Shown here: in pieces, positions 8,089 to 18,329 of the stretch | Position numbering within the stretch: the first letter of the stretch is position 1 | Layout of the letters: each line of letters begins with the position of its first letter | From: a virus | Lineage: Duplodnaviria; Caudoviricetes | Reading direction: 5' to 3' (one strand) | Length of the DNA: 64,000 bases | Virus record (IMG/VR): IMGVR_UViG_2846893963_000001 | Coordinates: 1-64,000 of that record | Notes under the pieces: generated by a model | What the model saw: only the letters and a program-made list of their open reading frames with translations | Told to the model about the DNA's origin: nothing | The model's database searches: none | Program-made: the position numbers and the translations under genes

Positions 8089-8958
8089 TTACTGCTCGCA
8101 CCATCCGGAGCATTCCTTCCTGTACTGGCACCAGGAACATTGCATCCCGGGTTGAGGATGGAAACGCTCGGTGGTGATGCCTTCATAGGCGATTTTGTAC
8201 AGGTCGGCGACGCGTTGCTTGCGCTGATCGTCAGCGGGTGGAGTCTTCACCCGGATCACCTGCGGCGTCTTTGTCTTGACCAGGTAGATCAGATCCAGCG
8301 ACGGAGGCGTGTCTCCCGTGGCTTCTTCCATCATCATCTGGTAGGTGACCAGCTGGAGTTCATGATCGAAGGCGGCGTGCCCGGCATCAGGTTTGGCAGC
8401 AGCTGATTTGTAGTCCACTGCCGTCAGGTCGTGCTGGACGAGGTCGATGACGCCTCGCACGGGAACCGGCAGGCCGGGGATGGTAGCCGATAGGCCGACT
8501 TCCACTCCCAGGGGCATCTGTGAAGCGACCTCATCGGAAGTCATGTAGGTCTTGACCGTGTTCCATGCGCAGGAACGTATCTTCTGTCTCGTTTCTTCGT
8601 CGGCGTAGTCCACAGGGCCTTCCGCCTTCTCCAGTTCCAGGAAGTGAGTGGAGAAGGCTTCTTCCATGGCCGTCTCACTGCTGTCCTCTCCCCGCCACCG
8701 GGCGAGGTTGAAGGACTGGAGTGTTGCATGGATGGTCTTGCCGACATGCAGGGCGACCGTCGTCGGTTTCCGTATCTGCGCTACCCTCTCGAAGAAGAAG
8801 CGCAGGGAACACGACAGGTACGATTTGACCGAGGAGGGAGACAGGTAGTCCGGGCGTATGGCAAGGGGAGAAGAAGCCTCCGAAGGGAACTTCTTCACCA
8901 ATGCGATAGCCGGGTGCAGGGAGGATGAACGTATTGGCCGGATTACGGGAGCGATCAT
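8089..8958 (-). CDS. PD-(D/E)XK nuclease superfamily protein (RecB/Cas4-like, PDDEXK_1)
   Basis: LSPSSVKSYLSCSLRFFF...VRGVIDLV....VDYKS...QLVTY...PQPGMQCSWCQYRKEC. Confidence 0.85.
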   Translation of the reverse strand: MIAPVIRPIRSSSLHPAIALVKKFPSEASSPLAIRPDYLSPSSVKSYLSCSLRFFFERVAQIRKPTTVALHVGKTIHATLQSFNLARWRGEDSSETAMEEAFSTHFLELEKAEGPVDYADEETRQKIRSCAWNTVKTYMTSDEVASQMPLGVEVGLSATIPGLPVPVRGVIDLVQHDLTAVDYKSAAAKPDAGHAAFDHELQLVTYQMMMEEATGDTPPSLDLIYLVKTKTPQVIRVKTPPADDQRKQRVADLYKIAYEGITTERFHPQPGMQCSWCQYRKECSGWCEQ

Positions 8959-8960
8959 GG

Positions 8961-9542
8961 TCAGTACGGGTTGGAGTTACCGGCATAGACCGTAGCGGGA
9001 CGGCGGGTGTAGTTGTTCCTGCCTGATGCCGAACGTTTGGATGAAGAGCCTGAACGATTCATCAGTTCGTCGATCAGCCCGGAGGCTTCCATGCGGTTGA
9101 GCATGGCAACGACCTTGTTGAATCTCCGGGCAGACAGTTCGTTCAGGGCAGTGTCATCCAACCCGGCCTTTCCGGCCAGTTCCAGGATGAGCGACTGTTG
9201 CTTTTCCGAGCACTTCCATGCGGGAACGGTTACAATAGAGGTCTCGGGAGTACTTGCAGGCGGTGTTTGTTTCACGGATGATGTGGATATCATCTGTGAG
9301 CAGGAAGCCCCAAGGGCAGGCCTTTGCGTGACCTGTGAGCCGTAATGTTCGTCTGGGACGAATCCGACTTGTTGGATTTGAGCATCGACGGCGGACTGAA
9401 GGGAGCCGTAGAGCCGTTCCGTTTCCGCAGCCAGTTCGGATGTGTGGGTGATTTCCGTTTCGATGGAGACTTCGAACTGGTGGGAGGAATATCCCGGCAG
9501 TCCGAGGCGTTTGCTGTAGTTGGCGATGAGTTTGATAGCCAT
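8961..9542 (-). CDS. Hypothetical protein (mobile-element recombination operon)
   Basis: MAIKLIANYSKRLGLPGYSSHQFEVSIETE... with a C-terminal CSEKQ..LI...L...EAS.LIDEL helical motif. 2-nt gap to the nuclease gene. Confidence 0.7.
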   Translation of the reverse strand: MAIKLIANYSKRLGLPGYSSHQFEVSIETEITHTSELAAETERLYGSLQSAVDAQIQQVGFVPDEHYGSQVTQRPALGASCSQMISTSSVKQTPPASTPETSIVTVPAWKCSEKQQSLILELAGKAGLDDTALNELSARRFNKVVAMLNRMEASGLIDELMNRSGSSSKRSASGRNNYTRRPATVYAGNSNPY

Positions 9543-9654
9543 GGTGGTTGTTTCTTTCTTGTTGATGGGTAGATACAGTAAAGCCGCCATGCCCGAGGTA
9601 GGGAGCATGGCGGCTTTTGTGAATAATGACAGGCAGGTAAGTTCCTGTGTCTGG

Positions 9655-9690
9655 TATATATGACGGTGAGGGAGGTGTTATTTCAGATAA
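9655..9690 (-). promoter_or_regulatory. Island-specific promoter-like motif, copy B
   Basis: Minus strand TTATCTGAAA-N17-TCATATAT upstream of the 9542/8958 operon. Confidence 0.55.
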
Positions 9691-9784
9691 GAAGAGGTCT
9701 GTCTGCAAGATACCTTGTAATGCCTGGGCCAAACATCGCTTTCATAGCGTATCAAATGGATATCTGGCGGAGGAAAGAATAATT

Positions 9785-10398
9785 CTACAATCGTAACCGT
9801 CCTGTTATCGATCCATGAAGTTTGTTCGATTCCCCTTCTTTCTCCCCGCCCACTTCGGAAACGTTCCGAAGGCGAGATTCATCGCCACGCTGGCGAGATC
9901 GGCGTTCGTGGCTCCCGTCGGGCAGCCGCAGCAGTCGCACGGCTTCTTCTTCTCCGGCAGCGGTTCGCCTTCCCCAGCGTATTGTATTGTTCAGGCGCCC
10001 ACAGTGGACGAGGTACCAGCGGCAAACACAACCTCTCCGGGAGAGGGCCTGCCGGGCTCCGCTCGGACCGTCGCACCGTTGACGGAGTAGAAGTCGAACC
10101 CGCTGCTGTTTACCGTGATATTCAGCGTTTGCGGCGAAGGGATGAAGAGGTCATTGTCCCACGTCACCTTCTGCGGGGAAAGGCGTGTGGAAAACTTTGG
10201 AATCTCCGGCTGGCGACGGCTCTGTACCGGGGCATCTGCGGAGACGAATGCGGCGGATTCAGGCCGCGCCTCATGACTGGAGGCAATGAGTGAAGCCAGG
10301 ACGCTCATGGGGCCATTGGGGGGGGAGATGTTGAGGGAATGGATCTTGTTCCGAAGCAAGACGGACAAGTGATGACCCATTGAGCATTTTTGTATCAC
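9785..10398 (-). pseudogene. Degraded fragment resembling an Rhs N-terminal region
   Basis: The frame continues through a TGA at 9991-9993 (..TVGA*TIQYAGEGEPLPEKKKPCDCGCPTG...SVAMNLAFGTFPKW). This resembles the Cys-linker/MIWRTNFGSF transition of the intact Rhs. Confidence 0.45.
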
Positions 10399-10490
10399 AA
10401 GCGACAGTCGGAAAACAAGACCTTCACTTTGTTTTTCGGGATTATTTTGATGGACAACCTCCTGTTTCCTACCTGGACCAGGAAGGGGGG

Positions 10491-11525
10491 TTATTGAGAG
10501 AGACGGTCGATGGCGGCGAAGACTTCCGTCCAGCTTTCAAGGGAGGCATCCATGCCGCCGAGGGCGGGACCGCGTTCCCGGGCGGCTCCGGCCATGTCTT
10601 CCCGGTAGTGGGGTTCCCATGCCATTTTGCTGGCATAGGCGATGAAGTCGCCGGGGCTTTCGCAGAGCCAGCCTGTTTTGCCATGGATGATCATTTGCTC
10701 CCAGCCGCCGCGTTTATCGACAATCAGGACGCTGCCACTCGCCATGGCTTCAAAGCCCACGCGCGGCCAGTTCTCTGTCGTGTCCGTCGGTTGCAGCACG
10801 ATGTGGCAGCGGCGGTAGAACTCCTGCTGAGAGAGGGATTTCTGGTCGTGGAAGGTCTCCACCCAGTCGGGGGGCTTGCCGGTTTTGGCTTCGCTGCGCG
10901 CGTCGAAGCCGAGGAAAGTTCCACGTTTGGGCACGGGAGAGGCGAAGTGTTCGTAGATGCGCCACGTATCCTTGCTGAACTTGTCTTCGTCCTGCCGGGA
11001 GATATGCCCGGCTCCGAACCAGTCGGACACCCTGTCGGCGACGTAGGGAAAGGAGGAGGAGTCGAAGTACGGGCGGAAGGAGATGAACCTGATGGCAGGA
11101 TCGTCGTTGATGGCGCGGAGGCGGGGCACCATGCTTTGCCTGACCTTGTCGTTCTGGTAGAGGAACAGGGCGATGTCTCCCCGGCTCATGGCTTCCTTTT
11201 CCTTGCCGAAGAGCCAGGTCATGCAGTTCACAAAAACGGTCCGGCGCGTCCTCTTGCGAATCTCGGGCAGCGCGGTGAGGAAGTCTTCATTGCAGAAGCT
11301 GATGACAGGAGCGTCTTCCGGAATGACCGCCCAGTCGTAAGCGTCGTGGATCACGTGGCCGCGCTCCGTCATCTCGCCATGGAGCGAGGCCTTCCGGACG
11401 TTCTTTTGGGTGGGGATAAAGTGGAGCGTTACCCCCAATGTCTCCCAAACCCTGACCTGATGATACAGCTCCGCCCCCGCCCCGCCATAGAGGGAAGGAA
11501 AGCCGACGATGTAGAGAACCGTCAT
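10491..11525 (-). CDS. Glycosyltransferase, GT-B fold (GT4-like)
   Basis: N-terminal YGGAGAELY and C-terminal ENWPRVGFEAMASG..LIVDKRGGWEQMIIHGKTGWL. Confidence 0.85.
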   Translation of the reverse strand: MTVLYIVGFPSLYGGAGAELYHQVRVWETLGVTLHFIPTQKNVRKASLHGEMTERGHVIHDAYDWAVIPEDAPVISFCNEDFLTALPEIRKRTRRTVFVNCMTWLFGKEKEAMSRGDIALFLYQNDKVRQSMVPRLRAINDDPAIRFISFRPYFDSSSFPYVADRVSDWFGAGHISRQDEDKFSKDTWRIYEHFASPVPKRGTFLGFDARSEAKTGKPPDWVETFHDQKSLSQQEFYRRCHIVLQPTDTTENWPRVGFEAMASGSVLIVDKRGGWEQMIIHGKTGWLCESPGDFIAYASKMAWEPHYREDMAGAARERGPALGGMDASLESWTEVFAAIDRLSQ

Positions 11526-11563
11526 TGTTGAGCATAGAATCCCAAAAGCGTGAATCTTCTCAT

Positions 11564-12091
11564 CTAAATAAAGTCGTTGGCTGACTTTGCCTGAAGCACT
11601 CGGGGATCCTTCGAATATTGTTTTAAATATTTAAACTCAAGAACGCGATATTTAACCGCCTCTCCGCCATCCCTGCCATAAAACTTCTTAAGCCGAATGA
11701 AATAGTTGTAGGCTTCTTCCGTACCTAGTTGCGCGAGACGCATTACTACATACTCCAGCGCTCGCGCCATCGTCTGGTCACGCAATGATGTAAAAAATTC
11801 AGCATATCCTTCTTGCAGAAGAATAGCCATAATATAAAGATCACTAGGCTTGCTCACATCGTCAACTATTGCTTCGATCTGAGGTTCTAATTGATCTTTT
11901 AACCATGTTTTCCTTGTTTGTTCTTCTTCAAAGGATTTTCCATGACTGTAAGTATTAAGTTGAACTTGAGCTTCTTTCGCTAATTTCTCAATCATGAGTA
12001 TCCTGTTAACAGGCAGTGATTCGGATACTAATGGGGAGGCATGAATAACTATACTAAACATTAGAAAAAATAAAAAAACAAGTATTTTCAT
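11564..12091 (-). CDS. Putative periplasmic immunity protein of the Rhs toxin
   Basis: AT-rich, 4 nt downstream of the Rhs stop. Signal peptide MKILVFLFFLMFSIVIHAS. Confidence 0.7.
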   Translation of the reverse strand: MKILVFLFFLMFSIVIHASPLVSESLPVNRILMIEKLAKEAQVQLNTYSHGKSFEEEQTRKTWLKDQLEPQIEAIVDDVSKPSDLYIMAILLQEGYAEFFTSLRDQTMARALEYVVMRLAQLGTEEAYNYFIRLKKFYGRDGGEAVKYRVLEFKYLKQYSKDPRVLQAKSANDFI

Positions 12092-12095
12092 GTGT

Positions 12096-15000
12096 TTATT
12101 GTTTGTAATTTTGTAAAGACTTCTCGCAATCTTTTAAACATTTTTTGACAAGCATGATACCTTGAAATTTCTGTGTTGGTTTTCTAGGATTGTTGAATGG
12201 TATTTTACCTGTTTTATTAATGAAGTTACTTAAATCGTCATAATCCTTGCTTTGTGGATATTTTGGATCGGACTGGTCTATATCTGAAGTTACGGTAATA
12301 CATCCATTACTAGCTCTTCCCGTATGGAGATTGAATCCTCCTCGATTCACTATTTGCCCAGTTGTCGGATCTTTCACAGGAATATTTGTGTAACTTTTAC
12401 CTCCTTTGCCATCATCACCATATAGTTTATACCAATTATAGTTCCCTCCTCTTGCCGCATCAGCAACATGATCTTTAGGAATATATTGGTCATCTATCCA
12501 ATATTCACCTTCGGGCAATGGGCCTTGATCGGATTTATGCTGAGAGTTAGGATTATTTGCATCTGAACCATTTCCAGAAAAGACATTGTCTATTTCTATA
12601 GTATTACCTGGATTTGAATGATCAAATCCAGTTATTTTTCCCTCTGCATATGAAAAACAGAGAACAGCATACAGACCTAAGTGATCTATATATGTTAAAG
12701 GATTGTTATCCGCTGTGACGTAAATATTCAGGGATTTACTTTCTCCTATGGGATCTCTGCTAATCCACTTCCCCTCCTTCGGATTATAGTATCGGAAATT
12801 ATATTGAACCAATCCCGTTTCATCATCGAAGCATTCGCTGGAGAATCGGAAGGGATTCACCTCTGCCGCGTTGCCTTCCATCTTGACGGTGGGGCCATAG
12901 GGGCCATATTCGTACAGCGCGCGGCGGCCCGCCTGGATGCCGAAGAGCGCGGTCGTGTTCTTCAGCGCGTCGTGCGTGAAGTACAGGTCTTCCTCATAGG
13001 CGCCCGCTTCATCGAACACGCTCATTGCCAGCACGCGCGTTGCGATCGGTTCCAGCGGATCCCACAGGTAAGTTTTCCTCAAAATGGGCGCCACTGTTTC
13101 CGAAGTGTTCATGGCATCCAGTTCCGCTATTTGCAGGTATTCGCCATAGATGAATCTCTTCTTCGACATCAGGGTTTCTCCATCATAGACGGCTTTCTCG
13201 ACGCGCCTGTTCAAGTAGTCGTACCGGCATTCAACGCGTTTGCTGCCCTGTGTGAAGCTCGTGGCCTGGTTCAGGGCGTTGTAAACAACGATCCATTCTC
13301 CGGTGGAGGTTTGGAGTTTGGTCTGGTTGCCGTCGGCATCGTAGGTCGGTACGAAGGGTGTTTCCGTGCCTTCGGCGATGGCCGTGTATTGGTTGAGCCG
13401 GTTGGAGGTGTACGCCGTGGCGGGAACATCCGTTCCTTCCTGCGCCGTCTTCCGGTTGCCGATGTTGTCGTAATCGTAGCCGTAGGTTCCACCCCGGCTC
13501 ATCGCGTCGGCAATGAGTTCGTTCCTGCCGTTGTAGCTATAGGCGTGCGTGAGGTCGGGGGCGGGTGTGTTGAAGTAATCTTTCTTCGTGGTCGGGCGGC
13601 CCAATTCATCATAGGAATAATCCGTTTTGGCCGGGTAATTTTGGCTGCCGGGGCGCAGGTAATCGATCTTTATCGGGAGATCGCGCTTGTCTTCGCGCGT
13701 ATACCACCGTTTCAGGGTGTTCGGGTAGTCCAGGGTGTCCAGAAGGCCGTTATCCGCGTTGTAGCCGTAAGTGAAGGGCACGGCAACGGCGTTCAACGAG
13801 ACGGTGGAGAGCCGCCCGGAGGTGTCATAGCTCCAGGCGGTTTGCAGGGCGGTGCTTGCCGCATAGTTCAGATTGTATCCCAATGGCCGCCCCAGAGCGT
13901 CGCGCTGGAAATGGAGGGCGCTTGCTGCAAGGCCGGATGTGGTTTCCGATTCCGTTTCATTATATGGGGTGTAAGCGATGGTGCACGTGCCGGAGTCATC
14001 CACAATCTGCGTGAGCAGGTTCAGGTGGTTGTACGTGTAGCCGATGGCGGGCGTGGCGTCGTTATGGCTGACGGCGACGAGTCTGCCCGTCTGCGGGTCG
14101 TAGGCATAGGTCGTCGTCAGGGGCGCGCGCCCCTCGTCGACGGTCCGGGCCTGGTGTTTTTCCGCCAGCCTGTTCCAGTTGTCGTAGGCGTAGCTTTCAC
14201 CGTGGCCGTCTGCGTAGGTTTTTGCGGTGACCAGGCCCGTAGCGTCGTCGTAGCTCCATGTCGTCACGTCTCCGTCCGTCCGTTCGCGGGGGTCGGCAGT
14301 GATGTCTTCCTCATCTGCCCGGAACGTAGTCAGAGTCACGAGCCTGTCGGCCTCGTCATAAGCGAATACGGAAGGCTGGATTCCCGTGCCGTATTCGGCG
14401 GTCTTGCGTCCGCGCAGATCGTAGGCGGAACACGTCGTTTTGCCTAGCGCGTTGGTGATACAGGAGGGTTGCGCGGTGGCCGGGTCATAGGCTGTCGTGG
14501 TCGTATTCCCGGCCGCATCGGTGACGGACGTTTCCCTGTCGGCGATGTCATAATGTACGGTGGTGGCATTGCCCCGGGCGTCCGTATGGGTTTCAGTCCT
14601 GCCCGTTGCCGTGTAGGAGCGCGAGGAAGTCGTGACGATACCTGCATGGTCTTTCCTGGACAGGGCATAACCGTCCACGACGACCGTTTCGGCGACGATG
14701 GATGAAGTCGGCGTTTGCGTTTTGGCCGTCCGTTTGGAAGGCGCCGTGTATTCCGTCCATTGCACAGTGTCGTTGCCCCGGGGATCCGTGGTAATGCTTT
14801 TTTGTGCAAGAGAAGCAGATATGGCGGAGAGGAGCGCCGCCGTACGTTGCGCAAAGGAATCTCCCTGGCTGTTGTAGTTGGTTGTGGTGATGATGCGGTA
14901 GACGCCGTCCGCGCGTTGCTCCCGGGAATAGGCGTATTCGGTGATGAGGGAGTTGGCGGGCGTGGGCGCTTCCGCCAGTTTCAACGTCGTTTTGACGAGG

Positions 15001-18000
15001 TTTCCAAAATCGTCATACTCATAGAGGCCGGGAGCCATGCCTTCCACTTCCTGCCGGAGGAGTCGGTTCTTTTCGTCAAAGGTGTGCCTTTTGTGGATGA
15101 GACCGCCGTTGGCGTTGGCTTGCGAGATTCGTACGACCTGATTCCAACCGTTGGTAACGGATTGCTCTTTGAGTACTGGTTCTCCCGTCTCCTGGGGGAG
15201 TGTCATACTTCGGACAACGCCTTCCTCCGTGGCTTCGGTGGTATATTGAACATCCCGCTGCCCGGTTCCGTACCTTCGCAGCACGGTTCCGTCAGGGTGT
15301 TTTTGGGTGATGAGCGTCGCCCCGGTGGGAGTCGTGACGGTTTCCGTCAGGCCGTCTTCACTGTAGGCGTGCGTCGTTTCCCGCCCCAGGACGTCGGTTT
15401 CGCTGGTAAGGCGGCCCAAAAGGTCGTAGGCGCGGCTTTCGGTTACCGTCATTGGGCCGGTGTCTTTGCGCAGGGCTGTGATTTTGCCCAGCGCGTCGCG
15501 CGTGTAGCTGGTGATGGTTTCCGGCGTCACGACGGTCGTGCCGTCCGTCACTTCGCTGCGTATTTCTTCAACCAGTTGCCGCGCGGTGTTGTAGCTATAG
15601 GTGGTCATCACGCCGTCTTCGTCCTTTTCCCACAATGGGCCGCAGCACATCATCGCTCGCTCGTAAACGCGGCCGTTGGTGCGGGTGCGCTTCGTCCAGC
15701 GGTTTTCGGCGTCGTATTCATAGGTGGAGGCGTCGGTCATCGCCCACGTGCCGTCTGTCAGCAGGGCGTACTGTTCGTAGCGCATGTTGTTGCCCTGTTC
15801 GGAGACGTAGGTGACTTTCCGCGTGCTGTGGCCGGGCACCGGTTCCCCCGTAATGCGCGTTTCGGCGGTGACCCGGTAGAGGGCCCCATACTGGTCGGTC
15901 GGCTCGTAGGCGTAGTGCGTCTGCACGCCGTCGATGCCCTGGGTCATCTTCAGGCGGCCCCGGGCGTGGACGTTGGGGGCCGTGCCGAGCCAGGTTTCCT
16001 TCACTTCGAGCCTTTCGCCTTCCGCTCCGAGGGCGGTGGTGCGCTTTTCGACGCGCCGCACGTGGTCGGCCTCCGTGTAGGTGTAGGCCGTTTGCCAGAG
16101 GTCGAGGGCCGTGGCCGTCAGGGTTGCGCGCTGGGCGAGGATGTCCGGGTCGGCCTGGGTATCGTCGCGGTAGGTGGTGTAAGTGGCCTTGTCGCCGCCT
16201 CCGGACCAGGGAACGGTGGAGACGATTTCGCGCCCGAAGCGGTCGTAGGACCACGTTTTCACACTGCCGTCGGGAGCCGTTTCTTTCGACACTTTCCCCA
16301 TGCTGTTGTACTCATAGGTGGTTTCGCGGGCGTAGGCTGTGCCGTAGCCCTCGATGCGGCTGGTGCACAGATTGCCGTTGCGGGTAACGGCGTATGTTTC
16401 ACAAACGCGTGAGATGGGCGTGCCGTGTTCCCCGCGCTGGATGGTGGTCACAAGTTTCCACGTGTCGGGAGAGATCACCTGCTTTTCTTTCAGGGTGTAG
16501 ACGGCGTCTTCTCCTTCCCCCTGTGCCATGTTCCAGGCTCCGTCGGCTCCCCGCCAGTAACGGGTGGTGTAGGGCATGCGGCCCGCAGTCTGTTCGGTGA
16601 CGGCGAGTTTGCCCGTCGCCGTATCCCCGGAAATCGTGAAGGTCTTGAACGGTTCGCCCGTGACGGGGTAGAGGCCGGTCACGTTGTTTTTGGCTCCCAC
16701 CTGTCCGGGGAGGTAGAGCGCGATGCGGTAGCCGGAGGCCGTGACGTTTTCAATGCTGGCGAGTCCGTCCCACAGGTTCCAGATTTGCCGGATGGAGCCG
16801 TCGGCGGCGCGCACGATGTCCAGTTTGCCGTCGAAGTCTTCCCTGGTGTAGGTGGCTCCGTTTTTGGCGGTGTAGCCGGAGGCGTATTTCAAAGAGGAGG
16901 CCGCGCTTGCCGAGTAGCTGACGGTGTGGCCCGCGTTGGAGCGCACGCTGAGGGAGTAGCGCTCGGAGGCGTTGCTGCCGCGCATGGCAACGGAGGAGAA
17001 GAAGGCGGAGCCGCCCCGCTTGGCCGACCCGGCGATGGGTCCTACGCTGCTGCTTGCCGCACTGCCCCCGCTGCCGGATGCGTAGCTGTAGTAGTTGATC
17101 TTCGTCCCGCCGCTTCGGATCTGGAAGGCCGTGTTCGCGCCAATCCCTGTCGACGGAGCCGAGGCGATTTCGTTGGTCATCGGGTGCCAATAATTTAACG
17201 CGCGCGGCGACCAGAGTTCCGAAGAAAAGGTGCGCCCGACGATTTCAAGCAATCCCTGCGGCAGGCCCGTCATGCCCCGGAAGGAGCCGAAGTTGGTGCG
17301 CCAGATCATCTCCGCCTTGCGCGTTTGCGTCACCACGCTCTTGCCTGCCGTTGAAGAGGCATAGGGCGACATGGAGGCGCGACCGCTGCGGACCGCCGGG
17401 GCGGGCGCGCTGCTGCTGCCACCCGCGTTTTCTTCACATGCGCAGGGTTCCTCTTGCGGGTCTTCGCCGTTCTCTCCTTCACCGTTGTCATTATCCGGGC
17501 ACGGGTTGCTGGAGCTGCTTTGAGAGTCGCTGCTGCTCGGGGACGTACTGCTGCTGCATTCACACGGGGTGTCTTCGCCGTCGTCGTCCGTATCGACAGG
17601 TGCGGGGTCGTCTTCATCCGGCACGTAGGAGGATGAGGAGCCGGAACCGGAAACCTCGACTTCCACCGAATAGGCGAGGATGGCCAGGTTTTTCCAGTCC
17701 GGAGGCAGGGCGACGTTTTCGTACGTCATGCTTACCTTGTGGTATCCGGGTTCAATGGAGAAAGAATCGCTTTTTTCCCGGTACGTGCCGCCATGGTATT
17801 TGCCTACTCCGGGAATTTCGACCCCCTTTCCGTCAACCTTGAGCGAGCCGTTGTCGTCCACGCCCAGCATCACGTGGCACGTGGCGGTTTCTCCGGGCTG
17901 AAGCGGTTCCACGTAGATGTTCCAATCCCAGCTGTCGCTAAACGGGCCGCTTTCCTTGTTGAAGGGGTCCGGAGCGCCGCCCGAGTTGGAGCTGCTTCGG

Positions 18001-18044
18001 TTGGTCAAGGGATTGACGTCGTCATTGAAGTTTTGGGTGTTCAC
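12096..18044 (-). CDS. Rhs/YD-repeat toxin with N-terminal PA14-like domain and C-terminal Tlde1/DUF2778-like domain
   Basis: N-terminal GVDDNGSL...IEPGYHKVSMTYEN. YD repeats. Core end RYYNP..GKWISRDPIG...NPLTYIDHLGL. AT-rich tip with FSGNG...GPLPEGEYWI...RGGFNLHTGRASNGCIT. Confidence 0.92.
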   Translation of the reverse strand: MNTQNFNDDVNPLTNRSSSNSGGAPDPFNKESGPFSDSWDWNIYVEPLQPGETATCHVMLGVDDNGSLKVDGKGVEIPGVGKYHGGTYREKSDSFSIEPGYHKVSMTYENVALPPDWKNLAILAYSVEVEVSGSGSSSSYVPDEDDPAPVDTDDDGEDTPCECSSSTSPSSSDSQSSSSNPCPDNDNGEGENGEDPQEEPCACEENAGGSSSAPAPAVRSGRASMSPYASSTAGKSVVTQTRKAEMIWRTNFGSFRGMTGLPQGLLEIVGRTFSSELWSPRALNYWHPMTNEIASAPSTGIGANTAFQIRSGGTKINYYSYASGSGGSAASSSVGPIAGSAKRGGSAFFSSVAMRGSNASERYSLSVRSNAGHTVSYSASAASSLKYASGYTAKNGATYTREDFDGKLDIVRAADGSIRQIWNLWDGLASIENVTASGYRIALYLPGQVGAKNNVTGLYPVTGEPFKTFTISGDTATGKLAVTEQTAGRMPYTTRYWRGADGAWNMAQGEGEDAVYTLKEKQVISPDTWKLVTTIQRGEHGTPISRVCETYAVTRNGNLCTSRIEGYGTAYARETTYEYNSMGKVSKETAPDGSVKTWSYDRFGREIVSTVPWSGGGDKATYTTYRDDTQADPDILAQRATLTATALDLWQTAYTYTEADHVRRVEKRTTALGAEGERLEVKETWLGTAPNVHARGRLKMTQGIDGVQTHYAYEPTDQYGALYRVTAETRITGEPVPGHSTRKVTYVSEQGNNMRYEQYALLTDGTWAMTDASTYEYDAENRWTKRTRTNGRVYERAMMCCGPLWEKDEDGVMTTYSYNTARQLVEEIRSEVTDGTTVVTPETITSYTRDALGKITALRKDTGPMTVTESRAYDLLGRLTSETDVLGRETTHAYSEDGLTETVTTPTGATLITQKHPDGTVLRRYGTGQRDVQYTTEATEEGVVRSMTLPQETGEPVLKEQSVTNGWNQVVRISQANANGGLIHKRHTFDEKNRLLRQEVEGMAPGLYEYDDFGNLVKTTLKLAEAPTPANSLITEYAYSREQRADGVYRIITTTNYNSQGDSFAQRTAALLSAISASLAQKSITTDPRGNDTVQWTEYTAPSKRTAKTQTPTSSIVAETVVVDGYALSRKDHAGIVTTSSRSYTATGRTETHTDARGNATTVHYDIADRETSVTDAAGNTTTTAYDPATAQPSCITNALGKTTCSAYDLRGRKTAEYGTGIQPSVFAYDEADRLVTLTTFRADEEDITADPRERTDGDVTTWSYDDATGLVTAKTYADGHGESYAYDNWNRLAEKHQARTVDEGRAPLTTTYAYDPQTGRLVAVSHNDATPAIGYTYNHLNLLTQIVDDSGTCTIAYTPYNETESETTSGLAASALHFQRDALGRPLGYNLNYAASTALQTAWSYDTSGRLSTVSLNAVAVPFTYGYNADNGLLDTLDYPNTLKRWYTREDKRDLPIKIDYLRPGSQNYPAKTDYSYDELGRPTTKKDYFNTPAPDLTHAYSYNGRNELIADAMSRGGTYGYDYDNIGNRKTAQEGTDVPATAYTSNRLNQYTAIAEGTETPFVPTYDADGNQTKLQTSTGEWIVVYNALNQATSFTQGSKRVECRYDYLNRRVEKAVYDGETLMSKKRFIYGEYLQIAELDAMNTSETVAPILRKTYLWDPLEPIATRVLAMSVFDEAGAYEEDLYFTHDALKNTTALFGIQAGRRALYEYGPYGPTVKMEGNAAEVNPFRFSSECFDDETGLVQYNFRYYNPKEGKWISRDPIGESKSLNIYVTADNNPLTYIDHLGLYAVLCFSYAEGKITGFDHSNPGNTIEIDNVFSGNGSDANNPNSQHKSDQGPLPEGEYWIDDQYIPKDHVADAARGGNYNWYKLYGDDGKGGKSYTNIPVKDPTTGQIVNRGGFNLHTGRASNGCITVTSDIDQSDPKYPQSKDYDDLSNFINKTGKIPFNNPRKPTQKFQGIMLVKKCLKDCEKSLQNYKQ

Positions 18045-18329
18045 CGTGGAATAGTTAAGGTTAAAATATAAATAAAAGCATCAAGGATGAGTTTGATGGC
18101 AACAAAACTCTGACAGCATTTTCCCTATAACACATCGCGTGTCTCATAGCAACTTTTTTCTAAAGAGCAGAAGATCATACTTGAAGACATTTTATCCTCC
18201 TGGCGATGATGGCCTGGAGTTCGGTGCAGGGAGGAATATTTTGGTAATCAATTCGTTGATTCAAGCCGTTTGCCTTAACGATGCCCTGGTGGCTACCGAT
18301 TCCCTGATGCTTTCTCTCCAACTCAAAGC

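Noticed and set aside
8089-8958. Cas4 of a CRISPR system
   Set aside because: No cas1, cas2 or array nearby. The context is a mobile-element recombination operon.
9154-9732. 192-aa alternative minus-strand ORF
   Set aside because: It overlaps the better-supported 8961-9542 gene and spans a promoter motif.
12804-17198. Long plus-strand ORFs (547, 565 and 257 aa) opposite the Rhs gene
   Set aside because: Antisense shadows of GC-rich coding DNA with no motifs. The same applies to 5467-6615, 10380-11531, 26748-27989, 32944-34326, 57017-57916 and 57855-59468.
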